Below the pieces are notes generated by a model. That model saw only the letters and a program-made list of their open reading frames with translations. It had not been told where the DNA came from and made no database searches. From NCBI GenBank assembly GCA_965223665.1, contig OZ245011.1, positions 3,840,001-3,904,000 on the forward strand: a stretch of DNA of 64,000 nt, in the 5' to 3' direction. The DNA comes from Nitrospinaceae bacterium (GTDB lineage Bacteria > Nitrospinota > Nitrospinia > Nitrospinales > Nitrospinaceae). The position numbers were made by a program, and so were the translations under genes. Below, in pieces: positions 48,172 to 56,544 of this stretch; the stretch's first letter is position 1, and each line of letters begins with the position of its first letter.

Positions 48172-50439
48172 ATGCGTAAGGGGAGAAAAGTGAAACTTAT
48201 TCCATTCAAAATATCTAACTTTATTCTTTTGGGATGGTTATACTGCGTTTTTTCAATTTTCCCTTCTAAAATTTATGCGCTTCCTTCGGGGGGAAATATT
48301 ATCCAGGGAGAAGGTTCTATTCGACTACCCTCCGCCCAAGAATTAAATGTTCAACAAAATTCGCAAAAGTTAATTGCCGAATGGAACTCTTTTGGAATTG
48401 GGGCTACAGAATCAGTACGGTTTATTCAGCCCAATGCAAATTCAGTTGCCTTAAATAGAGTGATAGGTAGTGACCCGAGCCAAATTTTAGGAAAGTTATC
48501 AGCAAATGGACAAGTATTTTTGGTCAATCCTTCAGGAGTCTATTTTGGGCCAAACTCTATTGTGGATGCCCACGGATTTATTGGATCTACTTTAGATCTT
48601 AGCAATCAGGATTTTTTCGATGGTAATTATACCTTTATCAAAAATCCCTCAAAACCTCTGGCTTCTATTATTAACCAAGGGGAAATTAAAGCAGGGGCAT
48701 ATGCCGGCCTTGTAGCTCCTGCAATTTCAAATGGGGGAAAAATTATTGTAGCTGATCTGGGAACAGTGGCTTTAGGGGCGGGAGAAGCAGCTGTTTTAGA
48801 TTTCAATGGAGATGGCTTAATAAACTTTACCATCACCCAACCAGTATTAGGAGAAGTTCCAGATAATAATGGAATTTTATTACCAAATAGGATCTTAAAC
48901 TCCGGTCAAATTCAGGCAAATGGAGGACAAGTTCTTTTAATGGCTAAGGAAGCTGGAAATATAGTACGTGATGTTGTTAATCATTCAGGAATAATTGAGG
49001 TCAACTCAGTTGTTAAAAAAAATGGACGGATTGTTCTATCAGGTGGAGAAAAGGGTATTGTTAATGTTTCTGGAACCCTCAACGCTATAGGAAATAATAT
49101 TGATGAAAATGGTGGCCATATTACCATTGAAGGTGAAGAAATAGGATTGTTTCAGTCAGCAATATTGAATGTTGCTGGAATGGCTAGTGGTGGAATGATT
49201 AATGTGGGTAAAGGTTCAAATGGAACTATCAATGCTCCCACAGCTAAAAATGTTTATATAGGTGAAAATGTTCAAATGTTAGCCAATTCATTATCATTTG
49301 GGGAAGGTGGAATAGTCGGCCTTTATGCCGCGGATACGTTACGCCACTATGGGCAAATTAATGCTGCGGGAGGTCCTTTGAATGGGAATGGTGGAACCGT
49401 AATTAATTCTGGAAAGCGTTCTATCGAGATCAAAAATGCTCCCGATATTAGTACAAATAATGGTTCGGGCGGGGATTGGTTAGTAATTGATGCAGATGTA
49501 ATTGAAATTTTACCAGGAAAAGGAGTATTTGATTCTGGTGGCGACCCCTTTGGGAATATTGAAGATGGATTGAAATTTGGGGCTGATTTAATTCTAGATG
49601 CTTTTGATGAAGGTTCAACTGTATTTATTGCAACAGGTTTTTTGGGAAAGAAAGAAAATGGTAGTCTCTTTTTGAATGCTCCAATTGATTTCACAGGCAA
49701 AGGGCCAAATTCTTTAATTTTAGGTGCCAGGAAGCATATTTTCTTAAACGAAAGTATATTTACACCTGGTAAAAACTTTAATGACCGATTAAATGTAACT
49801 TTATTAGCCAATACTGATGAGGGAATAATAGGTTCCTTCTATTTGAAGGAAGGTAAAGTTGTTGATTCGAATAATAGAGATATCTGGATAAGAGGGGCAG
49901 ATTTTCATTCGAGGGGATTATTAAAAAGTGGAACGGCACGGGTAGTTATTCGAACTCGCGGAATTAATAGAATGTCTATAGGAAATGGAACTAATAATCC
50001 TGGATTTACCATAGATAATGACGAACTGAGCAGAATTATGGCTGATAGGGTAATCTTTGATAGTTTGGGTAATATTTATATTGATGGGGTCCAACAAAAT
50101 TCAACCAATTCTATTAATCAATTATTATTCTTTTCTGGCGAAAAAATTGTAACTCAAGGTGAAAAATCTTCTTTTACCCCTGGGGTGGAATTAAATGCTC
50201 GTGATAAGATTGAAGTTAATGCTGATTTAGAAGTCCAGGGGGACTTGGTTGCCAATGTGCAAGTAGGAGGAGTTGAAGTAAGTGAAGACGTTTCTGTGGA
50301 GGCTGTCAATTCACAATTTAACGAAAATGGTTCCGGGAATTCTTTGAGCTTTGAAGAAAGAGAATTGGTGGAGCAAGGTAACTTAAGTACTTTTATAAAA
50401 GAATTTCTGGAAAATGGAAAAACTTTTAACGATTGTTAA
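48172..50439 (+). CDS. Filamentous haemagglutinin-like TpsA exoprotein (about 755 aa)
   Basis: Signal peptide, then LPSGG, W.SF.I, F.QP..VALNRV, NGQVFLVNPSG (TPS domain) and Gly/Asn/Ile beta-helix repeats. ATG 48172 follows an AGGA at the fecR stop. Confidence 0.9.
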   Translation: MRKGRKVKLIPFKISNFILLGWLYCVFSIFPSKIYALPSGGNIIQGEGSIRLPSAQELNVQQNSQKLIAEWNSFGIGATESVRFIQPNANSVALNRVIGSDPSQILGKLSANGQVFLVNPSGVYFGPNSIVDAHGFIGSTLDLSNQDFFDGNYTFIKNPSKPLASIINQGEIKAGAYAGLVAPAISNGGKIIVADLGTVALGAGEAAVLDFNGDGLINFTITQPVLGEVPDNNGILLPNRILNSGQIQANGGQVLLMAKEAGNIVRDVVNHSGIIEVNSVVKKNGRIVLSGGEKGIVNVSGTLNAIGNNIDENGGHITIEGEEIGLFQSAILNVAGMASGGMINVGKGSNGTINAPTAKNVYIGENVQMLANSLSFGEGGIVGLYAADTLRHYGQINAAGGPLNGNGGTVINSGKRSIEIKNAPDISTNNGSGGDWLVIDADVIEILPGKGVFDSGGDPFGNIEDGLKFGADLILDAFDEGSTVFIATGFLGKKENGSLFLNAPIDFTGKGPNSLILGARKHIFLNESIFTPGKNFNDRLNVTLLANTDEGIIGSFYLKEGKVVDSNNRDIWIRGADFHSRGLLKSGTARVVIRTRGINRMSIGNGTNNPGFTIDNDELSRIMADRVIFDSLGNIYIDGVQQNSTNSINQLLFFSGEKIVTQGEKSSFTPGVELNARDKIEVNADLEVQGDLVANVQVGGVEVSEDVSVEAVNSQFNENGSGNSLSFEERELVEQGNLSTFIKEFLENGKTFNDC

Positions 50440-50506
50440 AATATCTTTTATAAAATTTTAATGGTAAATGATTGAATCCTTCCTATTTTTAAAGTATTAA
50501 TTCTAA

Positions 50507-52735
50507 ATGAAAAAGTGGTGGTTGAATCCCTTAACAATTTCTGTATTCATCACTTTAATTTCCTTATCCATTTATAGATTAGACTTTTTCTTTTTTCGCT
50601 TACTTGAGTTAAAAGCTTATGACTTTCTTATGTCCACACGCGGAGTCCAACCCGTTTCGGATAAAGTAGTCATAATTTCGATTGATGAAAAAAGTTTAAA
50701 GCAAGAAGGACGATGGCCATGGCCAAGAACGCGATTAGCAAAGCTGGTTGATCGTTTGGTAGAAAACAATGTTTCTGTAATTGGGATCGATCTTCTATTT
50801 CCTGAAAAGGATGATCATGTTTCCTATAATGAATTTCTATCCAATTTAAAAAGTCAAAAGTTTAAACGGAAGGATGCGGATGAAATAATTGATTGGGTTG
50901 TTAATTTAGAACATGCGGATCAACAGTTTGAAACATCATTAGAACAATCAAATCGTGCCGTGTTAAGTTATTTCGTATATTCTTCTAAAGAACAGGCCGG
51001 GAACCACGTATTGCCCCTAAGTACAAAAGATTTTAACTTGTTGGATTTTTCCCAGTACCCTTTGGTGAAAAAAGAAAAAAATAGTGATCCTTCAGCTTAT
51101 CTAAGATCCATTTATGCTGTTGGAATGTCTTTACCAATTCTGATGAAAGCAGCGAATAGCGCAGGTTTTGTTTCTTTCATCCCGGAGCATGATGGGGTAA
51201 TCCGAAGAATTCCACTAATTCAGATCTATAAAGATTATCTGTTTCCTCCATTTAGCCTTCAAGTAATAAAAGAAGCTACCAGTTTGAATTTATTTGCTCA
51301 TCTTCTCCCGCAAAGGGTAGGAGAAATTTCATTAGGGGGAAGGTTAATTCCCGTATCCGAGGAAGGAGATTTTTTAATAAATTTCTTTGGTCCCAATAAA
51401 ACATTTTCTCATTATTCAGCTACTGACGTTTTACAAAAAAAAATCAATCCCAATAATTTAAAAAATAAAATTGTATTAATTGGTGCGACAGCCACCGCAA
51501 TTCATGATTTGCATACCACTCCTTTTGGCCCCTTAATGCCAGGAGTCGAGGTCCATGCTAATGTTATTGAGAATATTTTATTTGATAAATTTATTCGAAG
51601 ACCTGCTTGGGTTCCTTTGTTTGATGCCGCGATGATTTTAGCACCAGGGTTATTAATTGGCGCTTTTGCCTTATCCCTAAAAGCATTTGGAACAGCCGTT
51701 CTCTTAATTTTTGGTTTAATTGGTTTTTGCACCCTGGATTTTTATCTGTTTTGGATGGAAGGACTATGGGTTAATACTGTATACCCTATTTTTTCACAGT
51801 TATTTGTTTATTTTGGGATCACTTTGTATCGCTTCGCTTTTGAAGAAAAAGAAAAGCGATTTATAAAGGAAGCTTTTAGTCAATACCTTGCGCCTACGGT
51901 AGTTGATCGTCTTGTAAAAGACCCTTCCTTATTAAAGCTAGGTGGAGAGCGGCGGATCATCTCTGCATTTTTTTCGGATATTGCTGGGTTTTCGAGTATT
52001 TCTGAAAGGATGTCCCCTGAAGATTTGGTGGATTTATTAAATTTATATTTAACTGAAATGACACAAGTATTAATGAAGCAGGAAGGTACAGTTGATAAGT
52101 TTGAGGGAGACGCCATTATTGCCTTTTTTGGAGCTCCGATTTCTTATAAGGATCATGCCAAACGGGCCTGTTGGGCCGCATTGGAAATGCAAGGTCGTTT
52201 GAATGAACTTCGAAAACGTTGGAAGGAGGAAGGTAAACCTGAGCTTTTTATGCGAATTGGAATCAATACTGGCACTGTTGTTGTAGGGAATTTAGGATCT
52301 AAAAGTCGCATGGATTATACAATGATGGGGGATTCAGTTAATCTTGCTTCTCGACTTGAAGGAGTAAACAAACAATACCATACAGAAATTATTATTAGTC
52401 AATTTACATATGAAGAAGCCAAAAACCATATACAGGTTCGGCAGTTGGACTTAATTCGTGTGATCGGTAAACAGCAGCCCATAAAAATTTATGAGTTATT
52501 AGGGAAAAAAGATGAAATGAAAGAAAGTATAAGAAAAATTCTTCCATTTTATAATGAAGGATTGCGTCATTATCAAAACCAAAATTGGGAGGAAGGAATT
52601 GAATGTTTTGAGAAAGCGCTTAATATCGATGAAGACGATGGTCCTGCATTAACCTACTTCGAAAGATGTTTAACATTTCAAATGCATCCACCACCAAAAA
52701 ATTGGGATGGTGTGTTTACTATGCGAAATAAATAG
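50507..52735 (+). CDS. CHASE2-domain class III adenylate cyclase with a C-terminal TPR-like tail
   Basis: IDEKSL..GRWPWPR, DGVIRR and GVEVHAN (CHASE2); 3 TMs; FSDIAGFS, DKFEGDA and GDSVNLASRLE. Confidence 0.93.
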   Translation: MKKWWLNPLTISVFITLISLSIYRLDFFFFRLLELKAYDFLMSTRGVQPVSDKVVIISIDEKSLKQEGRWPWPRTRLAKLVDRLVENNVSVIGIDLLFPEKDDHVSYNEFLSNLKSQKFKRKDADEIIDWVVNLEHADQQFETSLEQSNRAVLSYFVYSSKEQAGNHVLPLSTKDFNLLDFSQYPLVKKEKNSDPSAYLRSIYAVGMSLPILMKAANSAGFVSFIPEHDGVIRRIPLIQIYKDYLFPPFSLQVIKEATSLNLFAHLLPQRVGEISLGGRLIPVSEEGDFLINFFGPNKTFSHYSATDVLQKKINPNNLKNKIVLIGATATAIHDLHTTPFGPLMPGVEVHANVIENILFDKFIRRPAWVPLFDAAMILAPGLLIGAFALSLKAFGTAVLLIFGLIGFCTLDFYLFWMEGLWVNTVYPIFSQLFVYFGITLYRFAFEEKEKRFIKEAFSQYLAPTVVDRLVKDPSLLKLGGERRIISAFFSDIAGFSSISERMSPEDLVDLLNLYLTEMTQVLMKQEGTVDKFEGDAIIAFFGAPISYKDHAKRACWAALEMQGRLNELRKRWKEEGKPELFMRIGINTGTVVVGNLGSKSRMDYTMMGDSVNLASRLEGVNKQYHTEIIISQFTYEEAKNHIQVRQLDLIRVIGKQQPIKIYELLGKKDEMKESIRKILPFYNEGLRHYQNQNWEEGIECFEKALNIDEDDGPALTYFERCLTFQMHPPPKNWDGVFTMRNK

Positions 52736-52746
52736 GGAGAGATTAT

Positions 52747-53118
52747 TTGTTTTTTGGTGAATATTTGGTGCAGCAAAAAATTATAAGCGAGAAGGATTTA
52801 GCTTTTGTATTAGATACTTTAGGGCAAAATAATAAGGTTCCTTTAGGACAATTAGCCGTTCAAAACGGTTGGCTAAGCCGAAAGGAGTTATTTAAAATTC
52901 TATCTGGGCAAAGAAAAGATAAAGATGTTAAGAAGAATTTTGGGACGCTTGCAATTGAATTAGGTTTTATGAATCAAACCCAAATTGATAACTTATTAAA
53001 AATGCAAGCTCAATCTCATCAGATGCTTGGGGAATATTTGCTTTCCAAAGAACTAATTAATAGAAAGAAATTAATTCAGTCTTTGCGTGCCTATAGATTA
53101 TTTTTGAATAACTTATGA
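52747..53118 (+). CDS. Small protein built from four MshEN/T2SSE_N-like helical repeats
   Basis: Repeats FFGEYLV, PLGQLAV..G, NFGTLAI..G and MLGEYLL. TTG start with a GGGAG RBS, 11 nt after the cyclase stop. Confidence 0.65.
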   Translation: MFFGEYLVQQKIISEKDLAFVLDTLGQNNKVPLGQLAVQNGWLSRKELFKILSGQRKDKDVKKNFGTLAIELGFMNQTQIDNLLKMQAQSHQMLGEYLLSKELINRKKLIQSLRAYRLFLNNL

Positions 53119-53220
53119 TCTTCTTTTGTGGAAGTTTATTAGACATGTATAATAAGTCTCTAATTATTTTATAGCTCGGTTATTTGGCAATAACTTCATT
53201 CAATTGGAAATATATAGATT

Positions 53221-53697
53221 ATGAAAAATAAAAAACAAGTTGGGAAAGCTCTAGGGAAGGTGCCTAGTGGATTATTTATTGTAACTACTGCGTATAAAGA
53301 TCAAGAAGATGCCGTATTGGCAAGTTGGGTTAATCAAACCTCATTTAATCCTCCAGCTGTAACCATTGCTTTAGCCATTACGCGTTCAGCACGATTGCAA
53401 ATTGAAGCATCCAATGCTTTTATCATAAACATTTTGGGTAAAGAATCTAGTGCCCTTATGAAACATTTTTTCCAACCCCCCAAACCTGGAACTTCAATTT
53501 TTAAGGGGCTGAAAGTAAAGAAGGGTTTTCAGGAAATAAAGGTTTTGAATGAATGTATTGGGTATTTGGAATGTAAAGTAATCAATCAAACTATTGCAGG
53601 AGACCATGTGGTATATGTGGGAGAAATTGTTGGAGGAAATATCTTAAAAGGGGGGGATCCTTATGTGCACATTAGGGATAATGGATTTAACTATTAA
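53221..53697 (+). CDS. Flavin reductase-like (flavoredoxin-type) protein
   Basis: ALGKVPSGLFIVT, ASWVNQTSFNPP, LEC and GDHVVYVGE. Confidence 0.88.
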   Translation: MKNKKQVGKALGKVPSGLFIVTTAYKDQEDAVLASWVNQTSFNPPAVTIALAITRSARLQIEASNAFIINILGKESSALMKHFFQPPKPGTSIFKGLKVKKGFQEIKVLNECIGYLECKVINQTIAGDHVVYVGEIVGGNILKGGDPYVHIRDNGFNY

Positions 53698-53705
53698 ATA
53701 ATGAA

Positions 53706-53972
53706 TTAATTCAAGCCAAGCATTTTGGGGAGGTCTGTACGGGTAAAAACCCAATATAGCAGCAAGCTAATAAAGGCTACTCCCCCAATAGTGCTCGCTA
53801 CCATTATTGCCATTCGTTTGGGATTTGCTTGTGCAAAATCCTTCATATCCCCCGCTAAGCTTCCAATGACGTTTTCATCCGGGCGTTTACGGAAGGTTTT
53901 ATCTATAGCATCTTTACCATAGATGATTCCAAAAATTATGAGAACGATTAATATTTCAATTGCGCCTATCAT
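53706..53972 (-). CDS. Small two-TM hypothetical protein
   Basis: 88 aa; TatA-like N-terminus MIGAIEILIVLIIFGIIYG but with a second TM; overlaps the upstream stop. Confidence 0.6.
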   Translation of the reverse strand: MIGAIEILIVLIIFGIIYGKDAIDKTFRKRPDENVIGSLAGDMKDFAQANPKRMAIMVASTIGGVAFISLLLYWVFTRTDLPKMLGLN

Positions 53973-56469
53973 ATCTTAAAACATTTGCCATAGAAATTTT
54001 AGATGGAACTATATAAACTCCGGGTTCGTTGGAGGTCATTTTTTTTGGAGTATCCATTTTTGATCCACTGAGGGCGCAACGAAATCCATAATCATCCATT
54101 TGTGTTTCAGGATAACTGTTGTTTCGAAAGGAGGCGTATATGAGAGAACGCAAATCTCTCCATGACCCTCCCTTGAGTACCTTAAATTCACCCCCAATTT
54201 GTCCCTTTGGATTTATATATTGAGTTTCATCCTTATAATACTCTCGATCATACCAATCGTCTACCCATTCTTTTACATTCCCTAGTAAATGGAAAACTCC
54301 GTAAAGACTTTGACCCTTGGGCATTGTATCCACAGGTACCATGACCCGATGTTTTAAATCATCAGTCCAAGTTTGAAGATATCTAGCAAGCTGAGGGCTG
54401 ATAGGGTCCGATCCCCAAGGAAATAAGCGACCATCAGTACTTCGGGCGGCTTTTTCCCACTCTGCTTCGGTAGGTAGTCTTTTACCTTTCCAACGACAAT
54501 AAGCATCTGCTCCATACCAACTCACATTATTTATGGGATATTTATCAAAACCCTTTCTAGGTTTAAAAACCGAATTATAAATTAATATCCCATATTGGCT
54601 GTCTTTATAAAATTTTTTATGATCTTTAGTTTGATTTAAAAAATCAGAATAATCTTTTGCTGTCACTTCATATTTATCAATGTAATAGGAGTCCAAGAAA
54701 ACCTTATGTTCGGGAAATTCGTCATCCCCATGATGCTGGGCTCCCATAATAAAAAACCCTTTGGGAACAAGAACCATGTCTTTAAAAGTTAATTTTTTTT
54801 CCTCAGACTTAAGCAATGATTTAGCCCTATCAATAAATGGTCCATTAGAATCCTTATTTATATATTTTTCTAAATAAGGTTGAGCTTTGTGAAAGTTATT
54901 ACTGCGTATTAAAATCCAACCTAAATAAAAAAGAAGGTCTTTTCGTTGTGGATATTTCCCCATTGCCTCTTGTAGGTCAAATACTATAGAGTCAATGGTT
55001 TTGGAATCTTTTGAATCCAAAGACTGTTGATACCATTTTTCTGCAGTGGAATAATCTTTTTTTATCACATTGTAAAAACCAAGGTTCATATAAGCTAATG
55101 ATAAGAAGCCTTTTGATTTTGATTTTTCAAGTCCTTTTTTTGTCCAATCTATTGCGGTATCTATACTGCCCATTTGATAATGTGTCCAACCCAACTGGAT
55201 ATACATTTGTAGCATGTGGGGAAGTTTTTCAATCAAAAACTCATATTGAATAATGGCATTATCATAATCTTTCAATCGATAATGGGCCTCCGCAATTCTT
55301 TCATTTACTTCAATTCTCTGAGGAAACATTTTTTGAACCTTTTGAAATTGATTTAAGGCCAGGTCATATTGTTTCATTTCTAAATAAAGGGTACCTACAT
55401 TTAAATGAGGAACAAAGTCCTGTGGTTGTAACTCTGTCATTACTGTTGTATGTAGAAGCGCGCTAATATATTTTTTCTGATCCATAAAAAGTCGAGCAAG
55501 CATCTCGTGAACTCTAGGAAAACCGGGATTGATTTGAGCTACTTGTAAAAATGATTGAATTGCCTTTTCTTTTTTGCCGGAATCTGAATAAGCTACTCCC
55601 AGGTTGTATAAAGTAGAAAAATTATTTGGGTCTACTTTTAAAGCTTTTTCATATTGTTCAATAGACTTAACAAAATTTTTTGTGTCTGAATACATGTTCC
55701 CAAGGTTATTAAGGGTGTCTATTGAAAGGGGATTGATTTTAGCGGCAAGTTCCATGTAGAAAAATGCTTTTTCCATTTTTCTGATTTTGTAATATGTGAT
55801 TCCTACATTTGAAAAATAAGCACCCAAAGTTTGTTTTTTATTAAGGTTTTTTAAATAATATAGAGAGTTGGGAGAAGGAGAAAATCGGTTCTTGTAAAAA
55901 ATATCCTGATAGATTGTTCCTTTAGCCGTCGTTTCAATATTTATTTTTTTACCACCGGATTCGTAGCGGACGAAAAAATGATTGGGCAAAGGGACACCAT
56001 ATATAGGCAAGTTTAATTTTTCTGCGATGATTAAATATAGTAAAGATAAATTCATACAATATCCGCGTTTGTTTTGTAAGAGCCCATGAAGAAAAAGCTC
56101 TTCTGGGTTTAGGGGAAACCCTTGCGGATCTGTAAAAGGTGTGTAATCAAACCCCCATTTAAGATGGATTACTTTTTTCAGGGCATCAATAATCTCTTCC
56201 GGAGAATTTTTTTCAGTTATAGCAACTTGAGCATCTTTAACAATCTCATCAATTAATTTTTTTAAACTTTCTAAATCTATATTGGGTTGCCAATCTTGTG
56301 ATATTAAAAATAAAATCTCTGTTAGCTCGATTTTATCGTTTGAAAGTTGCAACAGGCTTTCAATGTTTTCTTTGGAAGAGTTGTTGGGGAAATTTTGTCC
56401 TGAGGAATAGGAAAACAAGGACAACCATAAGACAAACAATAACAATAAAGTTTTATTATGAAATTTCAA
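53956..56469 (-). CDS. Exported fusion: SirB1/transglutaminase-like domain, TPRs and FGE-sulfatase-fold domain
   Basis: Signal peptide; RGYC..L..LY..PNHFFVRY; TPR repeats; YIDKYEVT, RLPTEAEWEKAAR, GNVKEW, KGGSW and GFRC. Confidence 0.85.
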   Translation of the reverse strand: MKFHNKTLLLLFVLWLSLFSYSSGQNFPNNSSKENIESLLQLSNDKIELTEILFLISQDWQPNIDLESLKKLIDEIVKDAQVAITEKNSPEEIIDALKKVIHLKWGFDYTPFTDPQGFPLNPEELFLHGLLQNKRGYCMNLSLLYLIIAEKLNLPIYGVPLPNHFFVRYESGGKKINIETTAKGTIYQDIFYKNRFSPSPNSLYYLKNLNKKQTLGAYFSNVGITYYKIRKMEKAFFYMELAAKINPLSIDTLNNLGNMYSDTKNFVKSIEQYEKALKVDPNNFSTLYNLGVAYSDSGKKEKAIQSFLQVAQINPGFPRVHEMLARLFMDQKKYISALLHTTVMTELQPQDFVPHLNVGTLYLEMKQYDLALNQFQKVQKMFPQRIEVNERIAEAHYRLKDYDNAIIQYEFLIEKLPHMLQMYIQLGWTHYQMGSIDTAIDWTKKGLEKSKSKGFLSLAYMNLGFYNVIKKDYSTAEKWYQQSLDSKDSKTIDSIVFDLQEAMGKYPQRKDLLFYLGWILIRSNNFHKAQPYLEKYINKDSNGPFIDRAKSLLKSEEKKLTFKDMVLVPKGFFIMGAQHHGDDEFPEHKVFLDSYYIDKYEVTAKDYSDFLNQTKDHKKFYKDSQYGILIYNSVFKPRKGFDKYPINNVSWYGADAYCRWKGKRLPTEAEWEKAARSTDGRLFPWGSDPISPQLARYLQTWTDDLKHRVMVPVDTMPKGQSLYGVFHLLGNVKEWVDDWYDREYYKDETQYINPKGQIGGEFKVLKGGSWRDLRSLIYASFRNNSYPETQMDDYGFRCALSGSKMDTPKKMTSNEPGVYIVPSKISMANVLRYDRRN

Positions 56470-56544
56470 ACTGGAACCTCTGAAAAGGTAGTCGTTAGTG
56501 TTAGTTTGAAAGTATTATATCAAAAACCTAATTGTAGAGGGGGG

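Noticed and set aside
48172-50439. Contact-dependent inhibition toxin (CdiA)
   Set aside because: Far too short, with no VENN motif, no toxin-like C-terminal domain and no immunity gene.
53706-53972. Possible tatA
   Set aside because: Only the N-terminal helix resembles TatA. A second TM is present and there is no tatC nearby.
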